Source: Candidatus Heimdallarchaeota archaeon (GTDB lineage: Archaea; Asgardarchaeota; Heimdallarchaeia; Hodarchaeales; Hodarchaeaceae). From it: 64,000 nucleotides of DNA. Where the stretch lies: the NCBI GenBank assembly GCA_048881705.1, contig JBHLSH010000001.1:64001-128000 (forward strand), in the 5' to 3' direction. The translations under genes and the position numbers were made by a program. The notes below the pieces were generated by a model, which saw only the letters and a program-made list of their open reading frames with translations, ran no database searches and was not told the DNA's origin. Below are positions 1-9,589 of this stretch, one piece after another. The stretch's first letter is position 1, and every line of letters starts with the position of its first letter.

Positions 1-208
1 GGCGAACCAGCGGTCGAGTAGGAGTCAAAATAAGTACTTGATTTGAAGGACTTTTATTTAGGTGATAAGCCGTTAGATACGCCATGATCACCGTTTTTCC
101 GAGTCCAGTAGGTAAAACGACCAATGTATTCCCAGGATTGGAAACAACCTCAGAGAATATGATTTGTTGATAAATGCGAGGTTCTACATCCAACAAGTTA
201 TCGGCCAT
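1..208 (-). CDS. hef: Hef/FANCM-like ERCC4-family helicase, N-terminal part (runs off window start)
   Basis: Manual translation from ATG at 208: MADNLLDVEPRIYQQIIFSEVVSNPGNTLVVLPTGLGKTVIMAYL...VLILTPTRPLV. This has the Q-motif (PRxYQ), Walker A (LPTGLGKT) and motif Ia (PTRPLV) of Hef/Mph1 helicases. Missing from the ORF track. Confidence 0.88.
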   Translation of the reverse strand, partial: MADNLLDVEPRIYQQIIFSEVVSNPGNTLVVLPTGLGKTVIMAYLTAYHLNKSPSNQVLILTPTRPLVR

Positions 209-574
209 TTATCAATCACCTTTTACAACGTAATCGTGTAAATCTGTTTCATCCTAGGAGAATTTATCGTGTGTCCGCATCAATATTCTCTCTATATTGA
301 TCATCGCGGTCGAACTTTAGAGCTTTTCATTGATTAACCTTTGTATCGAACAGGATTAAGTTTCTTGATAACAAATGATAAAGTGTGATGTATCTGGTTT
401 TACGACCAGAGTATCCAAAGTATCCAGAATCAATCCATAGATCCTTCCGAATAGGTTAAAATCGTTCCTGGTTCGAGTTGTTTTGAATGGATTATAACAC
501 CACGATTATTATAGTCTGAGCTAAGCTTAAAAGGGAAGAAGACACCTATCTCTCTTAGAACCACAGATCTCAGT

Positions 575-1420
575 GTGAGAACGATGACTGAACAAGAAAA
601 AGTTGCTGAAGGATTGAAACCCTCTCCACCTATTAAAACACGAAAAGTAATAGTAGACCTATGGAAAACAAAACTTCACGATGAAATCATTGGTATTAAA
701 CAACATGAAGAGCATATGGCAAAATCCCGGCAGTTTACACGAGATATGAAACTTTTCGGAGAGGTTAAGGAGGCTAAAAAAGATGACAGCGATGAGGAGA
801 CCATTGGATACCTGGGTTATCGAGAAGGATTATGGGATGACGAAGAACAACTCAATCAAAGGCTTGTTATTAAATTATTTTCCAAAAGCATGTATTATCA
901 AGGGACGTTGGAGGAAATAATAGGACAGGAATTCACACGCTCCATCTCATCACAAAAGGAATTCCCCGCATTTAACCTGTTGCTCGACGGTCATGAATAT
1001 TTGGTCTCTCTGAATAAAATCCGTGGCGGATGGTGGATATTCGTTCCCGAATGGTTTGTGTTCCGCCTGAACACCCCAGATGGCTTTATTCCCGTTATCT
1101 TAAAACACAAGATGGGACTTGGAATCGATTATCGCGTCGTCAACGGACTGGGAAATACCGAATTCGGTTTCATTAACGGGAAAAAGTTTGATATCGGTGG
1201 CCGATACGATATTACACTCTCAGGATCTGACAAACGACTCATTGACAATGTGATGACCCGAATTTTGATCTTATTTGCAGCCTCGCTTAAATTCCACAAT
1301 GATATCTTAAAGAAGATTAAGAAAGGGACTAAACTAATGAAGAGAGGCGAATGGACACCGGATCTTTCAAATGAGGAATTGTTACTAAAACGGAACCCGC
1401 GGGCGATCTTAAGGCAATAG
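575..1420 (+). CDS. Conserved hypothetical protein (beta-rich, possibly LURP/scramblase-like)
   Basis: 281-aa ORF with protein-like composition; repeated beta-strand patterns (GKKFDIGGRYDITL) loosely resemble Tubby/LURP folds. Real start may be the ATG at 584. Confidence 0.7.
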   Translation: MRTMTEQEKVAEGLKPSPPIKTRKVIVDLWKTKLHDEIIGIKQHEEHMAKSRQFTRDMKLFGEVKEAKKDDSDEETIGYLGYREGLWDDEEQLNQRLVIKLFSKSMYYQGTLEEIIGQEFTRSISSQKEFPAFNLLLDGHEYLVSLNKIRGGWWIFVPEWFVFRLNTPDGFIPVILKHKMGLGIDYRVVNGLGNTEFGFINGKKFDIGGRYDITLSGSDKRLIDNVMTRILILFAASLKFHNDILKKIKKGTKLMKRGEWTPDLSNEELLLKRNPRAILRQ

Positions 1421-2390
1421 TCTGCTTTAAGTAACTGGAACATAGATTGGAATAAGGCCTGAAGAAAGCATTCTATGATCCTGTTCTAGTATAATATAAA
1501 TTAGTCTTTCTCTAGGAATTGATCCAGAAACCATACATGCAGAATTTCATTAATTACTCCATAGATGTATTGTTTTCCATATTTTACAACAAAGTTGATA
1601 ATTTCTGAGGAAAATGGAATCACATTGTGCATCAGGCTCGCCCGAAAAATGAATGAAACCATCCCTTTCTAAAGAAGTGTTAATACTGGGGTAATATATT
1701 GCCCATATTGTGAATCCGAAGTCATAATCTGTAGATCATCCATTCAAAAGTCTAAGAATTGCGATAGGTTGAATGAGCGGATACGAAATTTGATGAATAG
1801 GTCGAATCCAGAAACATCAGAAAGACCCCCTCATATTACTAGCTCCGGCGAATATCGCCTACCATATTATGGTATGACCTGGGTAGCACGTCTGTGTGTT
1901 ACAAGGGTATGACTACTGATTTTTCGGACAGGGTCTATGAAGATAATGAAGCTGATTATATAATACTAGGAAATCCTAGATTAGATTTGGCCGGTTAACG
2001 TATTCTTTGCCAGGAGTCCATTTTTGAGTAAAATTGTAGCGTTTCTGTTAAATATAACAGGTTGTGAGTCAACTCCGAATTATAACGGATTGAATAGTGG
2101 CGGACAAGATACTACTGATCCTTTCATAGACAGATATTCCCGTTTTTTTGATGGTTATTGGAATCTTGACAAAGAATCTCCCCAATTATAAATCTTTTTT
2201 GCAATATCCGAGCAAATACCTCTCGAATTCTGTTATATGGAAAACTTAAAATATGTTTAATTTTTCAAATGTTTGAATAGTTCGGTCATATTCGGCCACA
2301 TGGATTTGGCGGGATATCATCTACTGTGTCGCCCTGTCCGGGTACAATCATCATTGTTGATATCGCGAGTACGTTGGCTTAATTAGTTTA

Positions 2391-3740
2391 ATGGTATCAA
2401 ACATGGCGAATCTTGCGGACAAAATCAAAAAGGCCTTAGAGGATGGAAGATCAGGCCAATATGTTAAGAAAAGCCCGTATGAGCGTTTTGGGTTAAAGTA
2501 CAATCCATTTCGACAAAACATTCAAGATATGGAACCCCTGACCGCAGATCTACACATAGTCCGTGAAGATGTTTCGGTAGACTTCGCTGTGAAGTTGGGT
2601 AATGCCATTCGTCTTTTCGAGCAGGATCAAAGTTCCCGTTTTCGTCATTTCTTGGTCCACGGACTAAGAGGTGGAGGCAAGTCGTGTCTAGCACGGCAAT
2701 TCCATCGTGACTGGGCCAATTTCGGTTTTAACGAATTTAAGACCTTATATTCATGCTTATCGGATTGGAGTGATCCTACAGAACTAACTGGTCCATACGA
2801 TGCTTCAAAATCGACTTTAGCAACATACGAGGAATTTCTCGACCAGATTCGAAGGATGGATAAAGCCCTAATCGTGTTTTTGGATGACATTGACTTTATG
2901 ATAACTGGAAATCCTGCAATTCCACGTTTAAACCAATTCATGCAGGAAATTGAGGCCGCCGCTCCGCACGGGGTCATTCTGATCGGATTCTTAGGGAGTT
3001 TAACTTTGGCTGTTCTTCTGGAATTGGATCAACAAAGCGCTGCCAGGGATTTCTATGGATGCTTCAGTCCAGATCACTTTTTTTACCCCGTTTTTTCCAC
3101 GAACGAGATCCGACGAATGATTCAACAACGATTGCAAGTTGTGCGGCGGCCCACTGATCTATTCTCTTCGCGGGCAATTGATCACATCGCTAGCCATAGT
3201 TTAGGCCTACCTGCGGTAGCTTTACGTTTGGCAACAGCATGCCTCGACGAGCTAATCATTCAAGATCAGGAAAAGGTGACTGCTGCGGTGTCGAATTTTG
3301 CTATCAAACAACTGGGATATGAAGCAGCTGTAAGGCTAGTGGAAGTCCTGGATACCCCAGCGGATGAGGAGGTCACTAGCGTATTAAGCCTGAAGCGACG
3401 GGAGATTATTGCAAGTATTTTGGATCATCAAACACGTGAACGTTTTTTCTTTCCTCCCACCGAAGTTGATGGCTTACGAAGCTCTGATCTGGCTGACCAA
3501 TTTGCAGTCAATCTTTCTACAATGAATTACCATCTCAAACCATTGACCTCATCAATCCCTATTCCAATTCTAAGAGCAAAAGATGATGCTCATGATGGGC
3601 GGTCAAAAATATATTATGTAGATTGGCAATCTCCTGTAACGGCCGCTGCAGAAATAATTACGGTCTTCCATCGATTGACCCAAGAACGTTTTCATATCGC
3701 CCCAGAGGCATTGCTAATTACACGGAGGGAAGTTCAATGA
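2391..3740 (+). CDS. AAA+ ATPase with C-terminal ArsR-like winged helix (Cdc6/Orc- or ExeA-like architecture)
   Basis: N-terminal YERFGLKYNPF, Walker A GLRGGGKS, Walker B VFLDDID, lid helix FSTNEIRRMIQQRL, wHTH LRSSDLADQFAVNLSTMNYHLKPL...DGRSKIYYV. Confidence 0.85.
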   Translation: MVSNMANLADKIKKALEDGRSGQYVKKSPYERFGLKYNPFRQNIQDMEPLTADLHIVREDVSVDFAVKLGNAIRLFEQDQSSRFRHFLVHGLRGGGKSCLARQFHRDWANFGFNEFKTLYSCLSDWSDPTELTGPYDASKSTLATYEEFLDQIRRMDKALIVFLDDIDFMITGNPAIPRLNQFMQEIEAAAPHGVILIGFLGSLTLAVLLELDQQSAARDFYGCFSPDHFFYPVFSTNEIRRMIQQRLQVVRRPTDLFSSRAIDHIASHSLGLPAVALRLATACLDELIIQDQEKVTAAVSNFAIKQLGYEAAVRLVEVLDTPADEEVTSVLSLKRREIIASILDHQTRERFFFPPTEVDGLRSSDLADQFAVNLSTMNYHLKPLTSSIPIPILRAKDDAHDGRSKIYYVDWQSPVTAAAEIITVFHRLTQERFHIAPEALLITRREVQ

Positions 3741-4885
3741 ACCCATCGGAATACGATTCCGGGCTTAGTGAATTGTTTACAAAAGCCGCACGTCTTGCTG
3801 AAGAGGAGCTAATTAGGAAATCTAAGGGGTTGGAATGCGATCCTTGTGATCCTCTACTCCCTCTTAAGCATGGGGCGGCGTTTTTTGGCCGAGAAGCAAA
3901 TCAAAACTTCGAACTTCTAGTAGCGGAAGTTTTTCGATTTCTTAAAGATCCCGCTATTCACTATCGTTTCCTCATCGGGCCGCAAGGAAGCGGGAAAACC
4001 ATATTTTCTCTGATATGTGCAAAGTATTTTCGCCAAAAAGGTTATAAAGCGAAATATCAGGATCTAAAAACTCTATTCGGAGATCTTCCACTTAATCAGG
4101 GAGGAAAAACGCCACCTCTTGAAGAAACAGAAGAAAAACATGATGTGATATTCTTTGACAATGCATTTGTCATCTACCAAAGCCTTCCCGACTTACTCTC
4201 CATGGAGGTAGCAGGAAAACCACAACGTACAAAAATATGCTTATTAATGAACTTGGCGGAGTGGGAAGCTTACAGGCGGCATTGTATAGTTAAATCGGGA
4301 AACCGTACTTACCAGTGCTTTACGCTTATGCCTAGTTTAGCCAGTCCTGATATTAAGGATCTCATCAAGAGCCGTTTGCAAGTGTGTAGTAGTAATGAAG
4401 ATCTTTCAATGGAATTCAGGCAGCTCTTAGAAATAATCCCTCCACTAGCCCACGGGAACCCAGGATTGGCCTTGAGGCTTTTGGAAGAAGCCATTAAGTT
4501 TTCTTCCACCAAAGATGACCTTCGAATTAGTCTCTCTGTGGATTTAGAAACGCTAACCGAATTGTCAGGAACCAAGATTCCCCTTGTTCGTGAAATTCTT
4601 GTTCGTGAGGCCCAGAATGAGAGTTGGACAGTAAAAGAAAGAACTTATCTTCAAAATAGGGATCTTGTGGATCTACTCCAGAAAAGTAAAGGTACGATTA
4701 GCCACCATCTTCGTCAACTGGTGCAGCAAAATCTTATCTATGAACAACCAATGAAAGATGGCCGAGAGAAGGCCTATCGTCCGAATAATACGTTATTTGG
4801 TCTCTTGGAACAATATACGTTCCAACCACCCCATGATTTGGGGAATTTGTCACACTCCCTCGAAGGGATCTCTCATGAAGAATGA
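3737..4885 (+). CDS. Second AAA+ ATPase with C-terminal winged helix (degenerate Walker B)
   Basis: ATG at 3737 overlaps the upstream TGA (ATGA) with GGAGGGA upstream, so I prefer it to the ORF-track start 3623. Walker A IGPQGSGKT, Walker B IFFDNA, wHTH LQNRDLVDLLQKSKGTISHHLRQLVQQNLI...DGREKAYR. Confidence 0.85.
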   Translation: MNPSEYDSGLSELFTKAARLAEEELIRKSKGLECDPCDPLLPLKHGAAFFGREANQNFELLVAEVFRFLKDPAIHYRFLIGPQGSGKTIFSLICAKYFRQKGYKAKYQDLKTLFGDLPLNQGGKTPPLEETEEKHDVIFFDNAFVIYQSLPDLLSMEVAGKPQRTKICLLMNLAEWEAYRRHCIVKSGNRTYQCFTLMPSLASPDIKDLIKSRLQVCSSNEDLSMEFRQLLEIIPPLAHGNPGLALRLLEEAIKFSSTKDDLRISLSVDLETLTELSGTKIPLVREILVREAQNESWTVKERTYLQNRDLVDLLQKSKGTISHHLRQLVQQNLIYEQPMKDGREKAYRPNNTLFGLLEQYTFQPPHDLGNLSHSLEGISHEE

Positions 4886-5294
4886 TAATTTAGAACTACT
4901 TGAATTAAAAGCTTTGATGCTCGAATATTGTCGTCAACGAGGATTCCTCGTCAACCAAAATCCACGTCGCCAAGGAATCGGGACTCCAATAGCTATGCTG
5001 ATACAAAATGGTGATATTAGGGAGACGATTGGCGTCATGATTAAAGACTGGAAACGTTCCGTTGGAATAGATGTTATTCTCAGAGCGGAAGATCTCTTAA
5101 AGATGACTCCTACCATTACTAAAGTTTTGATTGTGTCAAATCTATTTTCGGAGCCTGCACAGTCACTAGCCAAAAGAGTAGGGATACTCCTATTGACTCG
5201 TCTAGATTTGATTCGTATTCTAACAAGCGATACTGAAGTCTCTAAAGGTGTACACAGCCCTACAGACGATGGCCAAGATGTAGTCCTGTATTAA
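4875..5294 (+). CDS. Mrr-like restriction-endonuclease-fold protein, catalytic residues apparently lost
   Basis: ATG at 4875 overlaps the previous gene by 11 nt. Pattern YCRQRGFLV...VMIKDWKRSVGIDVI...KVLIVSNLFSEPAQSLAKRVGILLLTRLDL matches the Mrr_cat layout. Confidence 0.65.
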   Translation: MKNDNLELLELKALMLEYCRQRGFLVNQNPRRQGIGTPIAMLIQNGDIRETIGVMIKDWKRSVGIDVILRAEDLLKMTPTITKVLIVSNLFSEPAQSLAKRVGILLLTRLDLIRILTSDTEVSKGVHSPTDDGQDVVLY

Positions 5295-5372
5295 ACTATT
5301 TCTGATCTTCCAATTGATCTCCACAACACCCGATTCACAATAAGTGGAGTGAATCCCGAGGATGTTAACTCC

Positions 5373-6080
5373 TCACCGTCTGCGACGAAATTTAACAGGT
5401 TCCTTATCTGGCGGCTTTTCTTGTGGGTCTGAAATAGTCTCTGTCAATTCCCGTAGTTCCTGAAGTTGAGATCGCTCTTTCTTAAGGACAATATCCTGTT
5501 TTTTCGCCCTAAGAGGTCTATCGCTCATAACCGATTCCATTTTTTGTGATGTTCGGTACCCTCGTAGAAGAAGTCCCCCTACTAGAATGGAGAGCCCCAC
5601 TCCTGCGGCGATTAGAAAACCAAAATCCGGTGTCTGGCTTGGATTCTCGTTCGCCGTCGTAGAGGTGATTTCAGATGAATCATAAACTATCGCCAATAGT
5701 TTGACGACATAATAAAGGTCCTTACCTTCTAGTTCTGCTCCATAATTGTGATCTGTATGATTAACTACAAAGCTCTTCTCCTCATTCACCTCCATTCCAA
5801 TGATAGCGGCTGTGAATTGATCCAGATATCTGTTTTCTGCGCCGGGATACGTGTCTACGATTCTAGGAGGGGGAGACCCACCTCCACTTAGGTAAACGTT
5901 GAAGAGATTTTCATTAACATTGTTGGGAAATCCTTCCTCATGGGCCGCATCCAGATAAAGCGAATAGTTGACATTAACGACGTCTCCCCAATCTGCAGTG
6001 AGAGCAGCGTCGATTAGCGATGCAGAAATCGAAAGACCGCAAATAATAATGATTATCTCAATGGATCTGTATCGGAGCAC
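5373..6080 (-). CDS. Membrane-anchored extracytoplasmic FKBP-type peptidyl-prolyl isomerase-like protein
   Basis: N-terminal signal-like hydrophobic segment; FKBP motifs GDVVNVNYSLYLD, FTAAIIGMEVNEEKSFVV, LEGKDLYYVVKLLAI; S/T linker; TM helix FLIAAGVGLSILVGGLLL; charged tail. Confidence 0.7.
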   Translation of the reverse strand: MLRYRSIEIIIIICGLSISASLIDAALTADWGDVVNVNYSLYLDAAHEEGFPNNVNENLFNVYLSGGGSPPPRIVDTYPGAENRYLDQFTAAIIGMEVNEEKSFVVNHTDHNYGAELEGKDLYYVVKLLAIVYDSSEITSTTANENPSQTPDFGFLIAAGVGLSILVGGLLLRGYRTSQKMESVMSDRPLRAKKQDIVLKKERSQLQELRELTETISDPQEKPPDKEPVKFRRRR

Positions 6081-6465
6081 TCTTTATCCGCCTATCCTGG
6101 CTACTTAGAGGCATAGTAAGGGATTTCTTTAAGTTTTTATCGAGCTTTCATTACTGATCATTGGATGAAGAAGCTTGCAACCTTGATATCGAACCTTTTC
6201 TAAGGGTATTCCCAGAGTTGGTGACCCATTGGATAAATATCTTGAATATAAAGGGTATTGGGGTTTTTAACAAGCTCAAAACCGCTTATAGCTAAGTTCA
6301 GGGAGAGCACCTGTTATCTAAGTAATTAAATAATATATAATATCGCGAGACGCACGAAAGACCAATTATCTGTCTTGAGCGATTTTATAAAGGAAACTTC
6401 ACCTATTAATCGCTGTAATTTTTTCCCTGTGCTTTTAACTGATTTTTTCTATTAAAATCACGAAG

Positions 6466-7743
6466 TCAGAGGGAAGACGTAAATCCCACCTCAAAGATAA
6501 CTTCGTAAAATTGGAGGCAAATGATACCGTTCCTAAGGTCAAGATTGATCTCCCTGGTCTGAGTCCAGATGATTAGCATTTCTACCACTTTTTCAGGAAT
6601 TATCGTGATTCGAATGCCTATCTGTGCTAAGGAAAGACGAGGAACCAAAATGGTTTCACTGAAATTCCCCCTTCCCACTATTTGAGACCCAAGTGTCTCA
6701 TTTAGTAGCTGATGGTAAAAATCAAAAGTGATACAGGTAAGATTATATCCCCAAAGAGGTTGCCCTTCAAATCCTAGGTTAACATCAAAGTAACCCCCGC
6801 TGATATTAATATTGTTTATCCCTAAAATGTGCAAGCTAGGAGTAAAATCATCCCAAAAAAACTTTGGACCATCCTGTACGGAAATATTGATGTTTTCGTG
6901 AGCGAATAAGAATTCCCCTTGAAACTTTCTAATACTTGCCTGTATTGTGCCATTGTTAAGTATTCGTTCTGTCAGCCAGGTTAACTCTGAGGCATTCGAA
7001 TGTAATAACAAAGAAACATTTGAACGTCCTGGGGGAATTGAAGTATTTTCAAAGTATGCAGTGCCAAAAGAACCAAACTCAGGAGAGGTCAATTGAAAAG
7101 AAGCAGAAGAGATATTCAACGTAACACCGTGAAAATTCCGAGCATGAACTAAAACGTGTAAGATATTGCCTGGGTATATCGGATAGATCTCTAGTATCGA
7201 TATAGATGGAAAGAAATCAACATCAATCCCAGATAACTCAATTTTATAAGGTGAGGTCAGTCCCCATTCCAAATGAATTTGACCTTGGATAATGATTGCT
7301 TCATCGCTGATTAAAACCCTCAGTAAAGACTCCAGATCGGGTACATCAAACATAAACGACAAATTTTCGACCTTAATACTCCCTTTGGGGAATATCAAGG
7401 ATTCTATGGTCGACCCCGTGGCAAGAATCTGAGCGACATTTCCTTCAGTTGAATCAGTTTGAATTGTACATGTTATCTTGTTTGCCCGAACAGAATAATC
7501 GAGTTCTTCTAGGAGCGTGAAAGATAAATCTGTGTAGACTGTATGATTCTCAATTCTTACAATCCTAAAATTCTCAAGGACAAATTTCGGAAACATACCG
7601 ACGGTTATGATCGTACTAAGAATACCGATCGCTATTATGGAGAATAAAACCAAGAAAATTCCCAAAGAAGCGGATAGAACGCGATGTTGACGCAAAACAG
7701 TGAGAATTCGTTTGCGTTTCCCCTCAAGATCAATCCTACTCAT
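6466..7743 (-). CDS. Single-TM protein with about three LEA_2-like beta-sandwich domains
   Basis: N-terminal TM anchor, then repeated LEA_2-like patterns (VHARNFHGVTLNISSASFQL...FGTAYFENTSIPPGRSNVSLLL; YNLTCITFDFY...VGRGNFSETILVP). Confidence 0.6.
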   Translation of the reverse strand: MSRIDLEGKRKRILTVLRQHRVLSASLGIFLVLFSIIAIGILSTIITVGMFPKFVLENFRIVRIENHTVYTDLSFTLLEELDYSVRANKITCTIQTDSTEGNVAQILATGSTIESLIFPKGSIKVENLSFMFDVPDLESLLRVLISDEAIIIQGQIHLEWGLTSPYKIELSGIDVDFFPSISILEIYPIYPGNILHVLVHARNFHGVTLNISSASFQLTSPEFGSFGTAYFENTSIPPGRSNVSLLLHSNASELTWLTERILNNGTIQASIRKFQGEFLFAHENINISVQDGPKFFWDDFTPSLHILGINNINISGGYFDVNLGFEGQPLWGYNLTCITFDFYHQLLNETLGSQIVGRGNFSETILVPRLSLAQIGIRITIIPEKVVEMLIIWTQTREINLDLRNGIICLQFYEVIFEVGFTSSL

Positions 7744-7966
7744 GGTTTAGCCAGCCTATACCTCAGTATTCTTGGTATTATGTCAATATTTGGCATTGGA
7801 TCCTATTTAAAATACAGAGCCATGTGGTTTGAATACTTTTGTTATCGTTTCCTTTCTATCAGGCGCAAAAGAGGAATTTATAAGCGAGTCTGTCTTTCCA
7901 CTTCCCCGCATCTAGACCCCCTTAGGTGTCTTTGGACTTACCCATGTTACGATGTGAGGATATAAG

Positions 7967-8764
7967 ATGAATAATGATTCGTCTAAACTTGTACTGAGGC
8001 ATCGTTCGGAAAAAAAACATGATCCAGATGCCACCATTTGCGAGTGTGTCGCTGATTTTCAGCCTGAATGGGTTGCAGTCGGCTTTCCGGGTCATGGATT
8101 GGTCGGTAATATAGCTGCAAAGCATATGATCCAAGAGCTGAACCTTGAGTGGATTGGTTCGATCAGGTCACCCCACATCCCTCCAGTAAGTGTGTTTATC
8201 GATGGAATCCTGACATATCCATATCGGATCTATGGCGATAAAGATCAGAAACTTATGGTAATGATCGGTGAAGCTCCATGCCCACCCCAAGCATATTACT
8301 TTCTTGCCCACGCACTCCTAGAATGGGCAATCGAAATAGGAACTAGACAGGTTATCTGTATGGATGGGTTTATTGATACACAAGGAAAGACCAGCACAGA
8401 TTCCGTTTATCTAGTGGCTGAACCCCAATTTTACAAGGAAGATCCCGAACTCATAGCTCATGAATTCCCCAAACCCCATACCGGCTTCATTTCGGGCCTT
8501 TCGGGAGCAATCATGAATGAAGCGCTATTAACTTCGATTTTAGGATATACATTTCTCATACCAGTAGCAGGTTCCTATCCTGATCCTGGTGGCGCTGCAA
8601 AATTGGTTCAGGCGATTGGCAAAGTCAAAAATATTGAGATTGATGTATCACGGCTTCTGAAAGATGCAGAGCAGATTCAGAAGTCGCTTATGGAGTTGGC
8701 AGACCGTAATCGTCAAATCACTCAAAGTGAGGGCCTAATCCCAAGTAAAGGATTATATGTCTAA
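7967..8764 (+). CDS. PAC2-family proteasome assembly chaperone (PbaA/B-like)
   Basis: VGFPGHGLVGNIAAKHMI, YPYRIY, GFISGLSGAIM, YPDPGGAAKLV, IDVSRLLKDAEQI are typical PAC2 motifs. Confidence 0.88.
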   Translation: MNNDSSKLVLRHRSEKKHDPDATICECVADFQPEWVAVGFPGHGLVGNIAAKHMIQELNLEWIGSIRSPHIPPVSVFIDGILTYPYRIYGDKDQKLMVMIGEAPCPPQAYYFLAHALLEWAIEIGTRQVICMDGFIDTQGKTSTDSVYLVAEPQFYKEDPELIAHEFPKPHTGFISGLSGAIMNEALLTSILGYTFLIPVAGSYPDPGGAAKLVQAIGKVKNIEIDVSRLLKDAEQIQKSLMELADRNRQITQSEGLIPSKGLYV

Positions 8765-8845
8765 AACCTGCATTGTGGTGCTTGGTCTCTAATCCAGCAA
8801 CACAGGGAATTGATGATATGTTGAATAATCTACTCAGATGATTCG

Positions 8846-9382
8846 CTATTCTTCTGTCCATTCTTTCCAGTTCTGAAATTCCTTCCAAACATCCAGAAAT
8901 TGACGGAGCGATCTGGCTAACGGAGTTTTGAATGAAATCTTCTTTTTCTTATCCAGAACGCCAAATTTATTCACATCGCTCGCAGGCAAAGACATGACCC
9001 AATGGTCATCCTCAATAGGGACCCCGTGTTTTTCAGTAATTTCCAGAAATTTCTGTAATTTTAACACCAGATAATGCTTGTCAACTGTCTGCTCTGTCTC
9101 TTCCTCTATCAAGCGAAAAGTGAACAGTACAAAACTATCTTCAGTCAGACAAAAAGAAAGGGGAAGTTTCCAAACTGTTTTCTCATCATCGGACTTTCCC
9201 GTACAAACCTTTACATCTGCATATCGTACCAGGTCCCCATTATCTGTTCGTATTATCATGTCGACCTTGCTTTGGTTGGCATAAGGGGTAAAAGATTCAA
9301 TTCCCAGCTGGAATAACTTCAATTGAGCCTCTAATTCATCAAGGCCTGCAAATTTGAAGTCATCTCGTTCTTTAATTCCCAT
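8846..9382 (-). CDS. PD-(D/E)xK-superfamily nuclease-like protein
   Basis: GLDELEAQLKLFQLGIESFTP...KVDMIIRT...RYADVKV gives the E...PD...DxK arrangement; SD-like GAGGTGA upstream. Confidence 0.55.
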   Translation of the reverse strand: MGIKERDDFKFAGLDELEAQLKLFQLGIESFTPYANQSKVDMIIRTDNGDLVRYADVKVCTGKSDDEKTVWKLPLSFCLTEDSFVLFTFRLIEEETEQTVDKHYLVLKLQKFLEITEKHGVPIEDDHWVMSLPASDVNKFGVLDKKKKISFKTPLARSLRQFLDVWKEFQNWKEWTEE

Positions 9383-9589
9383 TCACCTCACAAAGAGGGC
9401 GTGTAGATTTTTTACCTTACGGGAGATTGGGCGGCACCCGTTAAGGGAGGTGGGTGATTCCTGTAGTTATAAGTAATCTCATAGTATGGTATGAAAAAAT
9501 GTCACAAAACGGTGTTTGAAAAGGTTTTCATATTGAATCCTTGTCAAAGTTTCTCTGATATTGGATGAAAAAATGTTTTTTGCCCAGCT

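Noticed and set aside
1522-1815. ATCCAGAAAC repeat as ORB origin boxes
   Set aside because: Only two direct copies, with no GGAAA core or G-string of ORB/mini-ORB; compatible with chance.
2391-4885. Calling the two ATPases canonical Orc1/Cdc6
   Set aside because: They lack the typical Cdc6 motifs (GxxGTGKT, LDExD, GDAR); only the domain order is shared.
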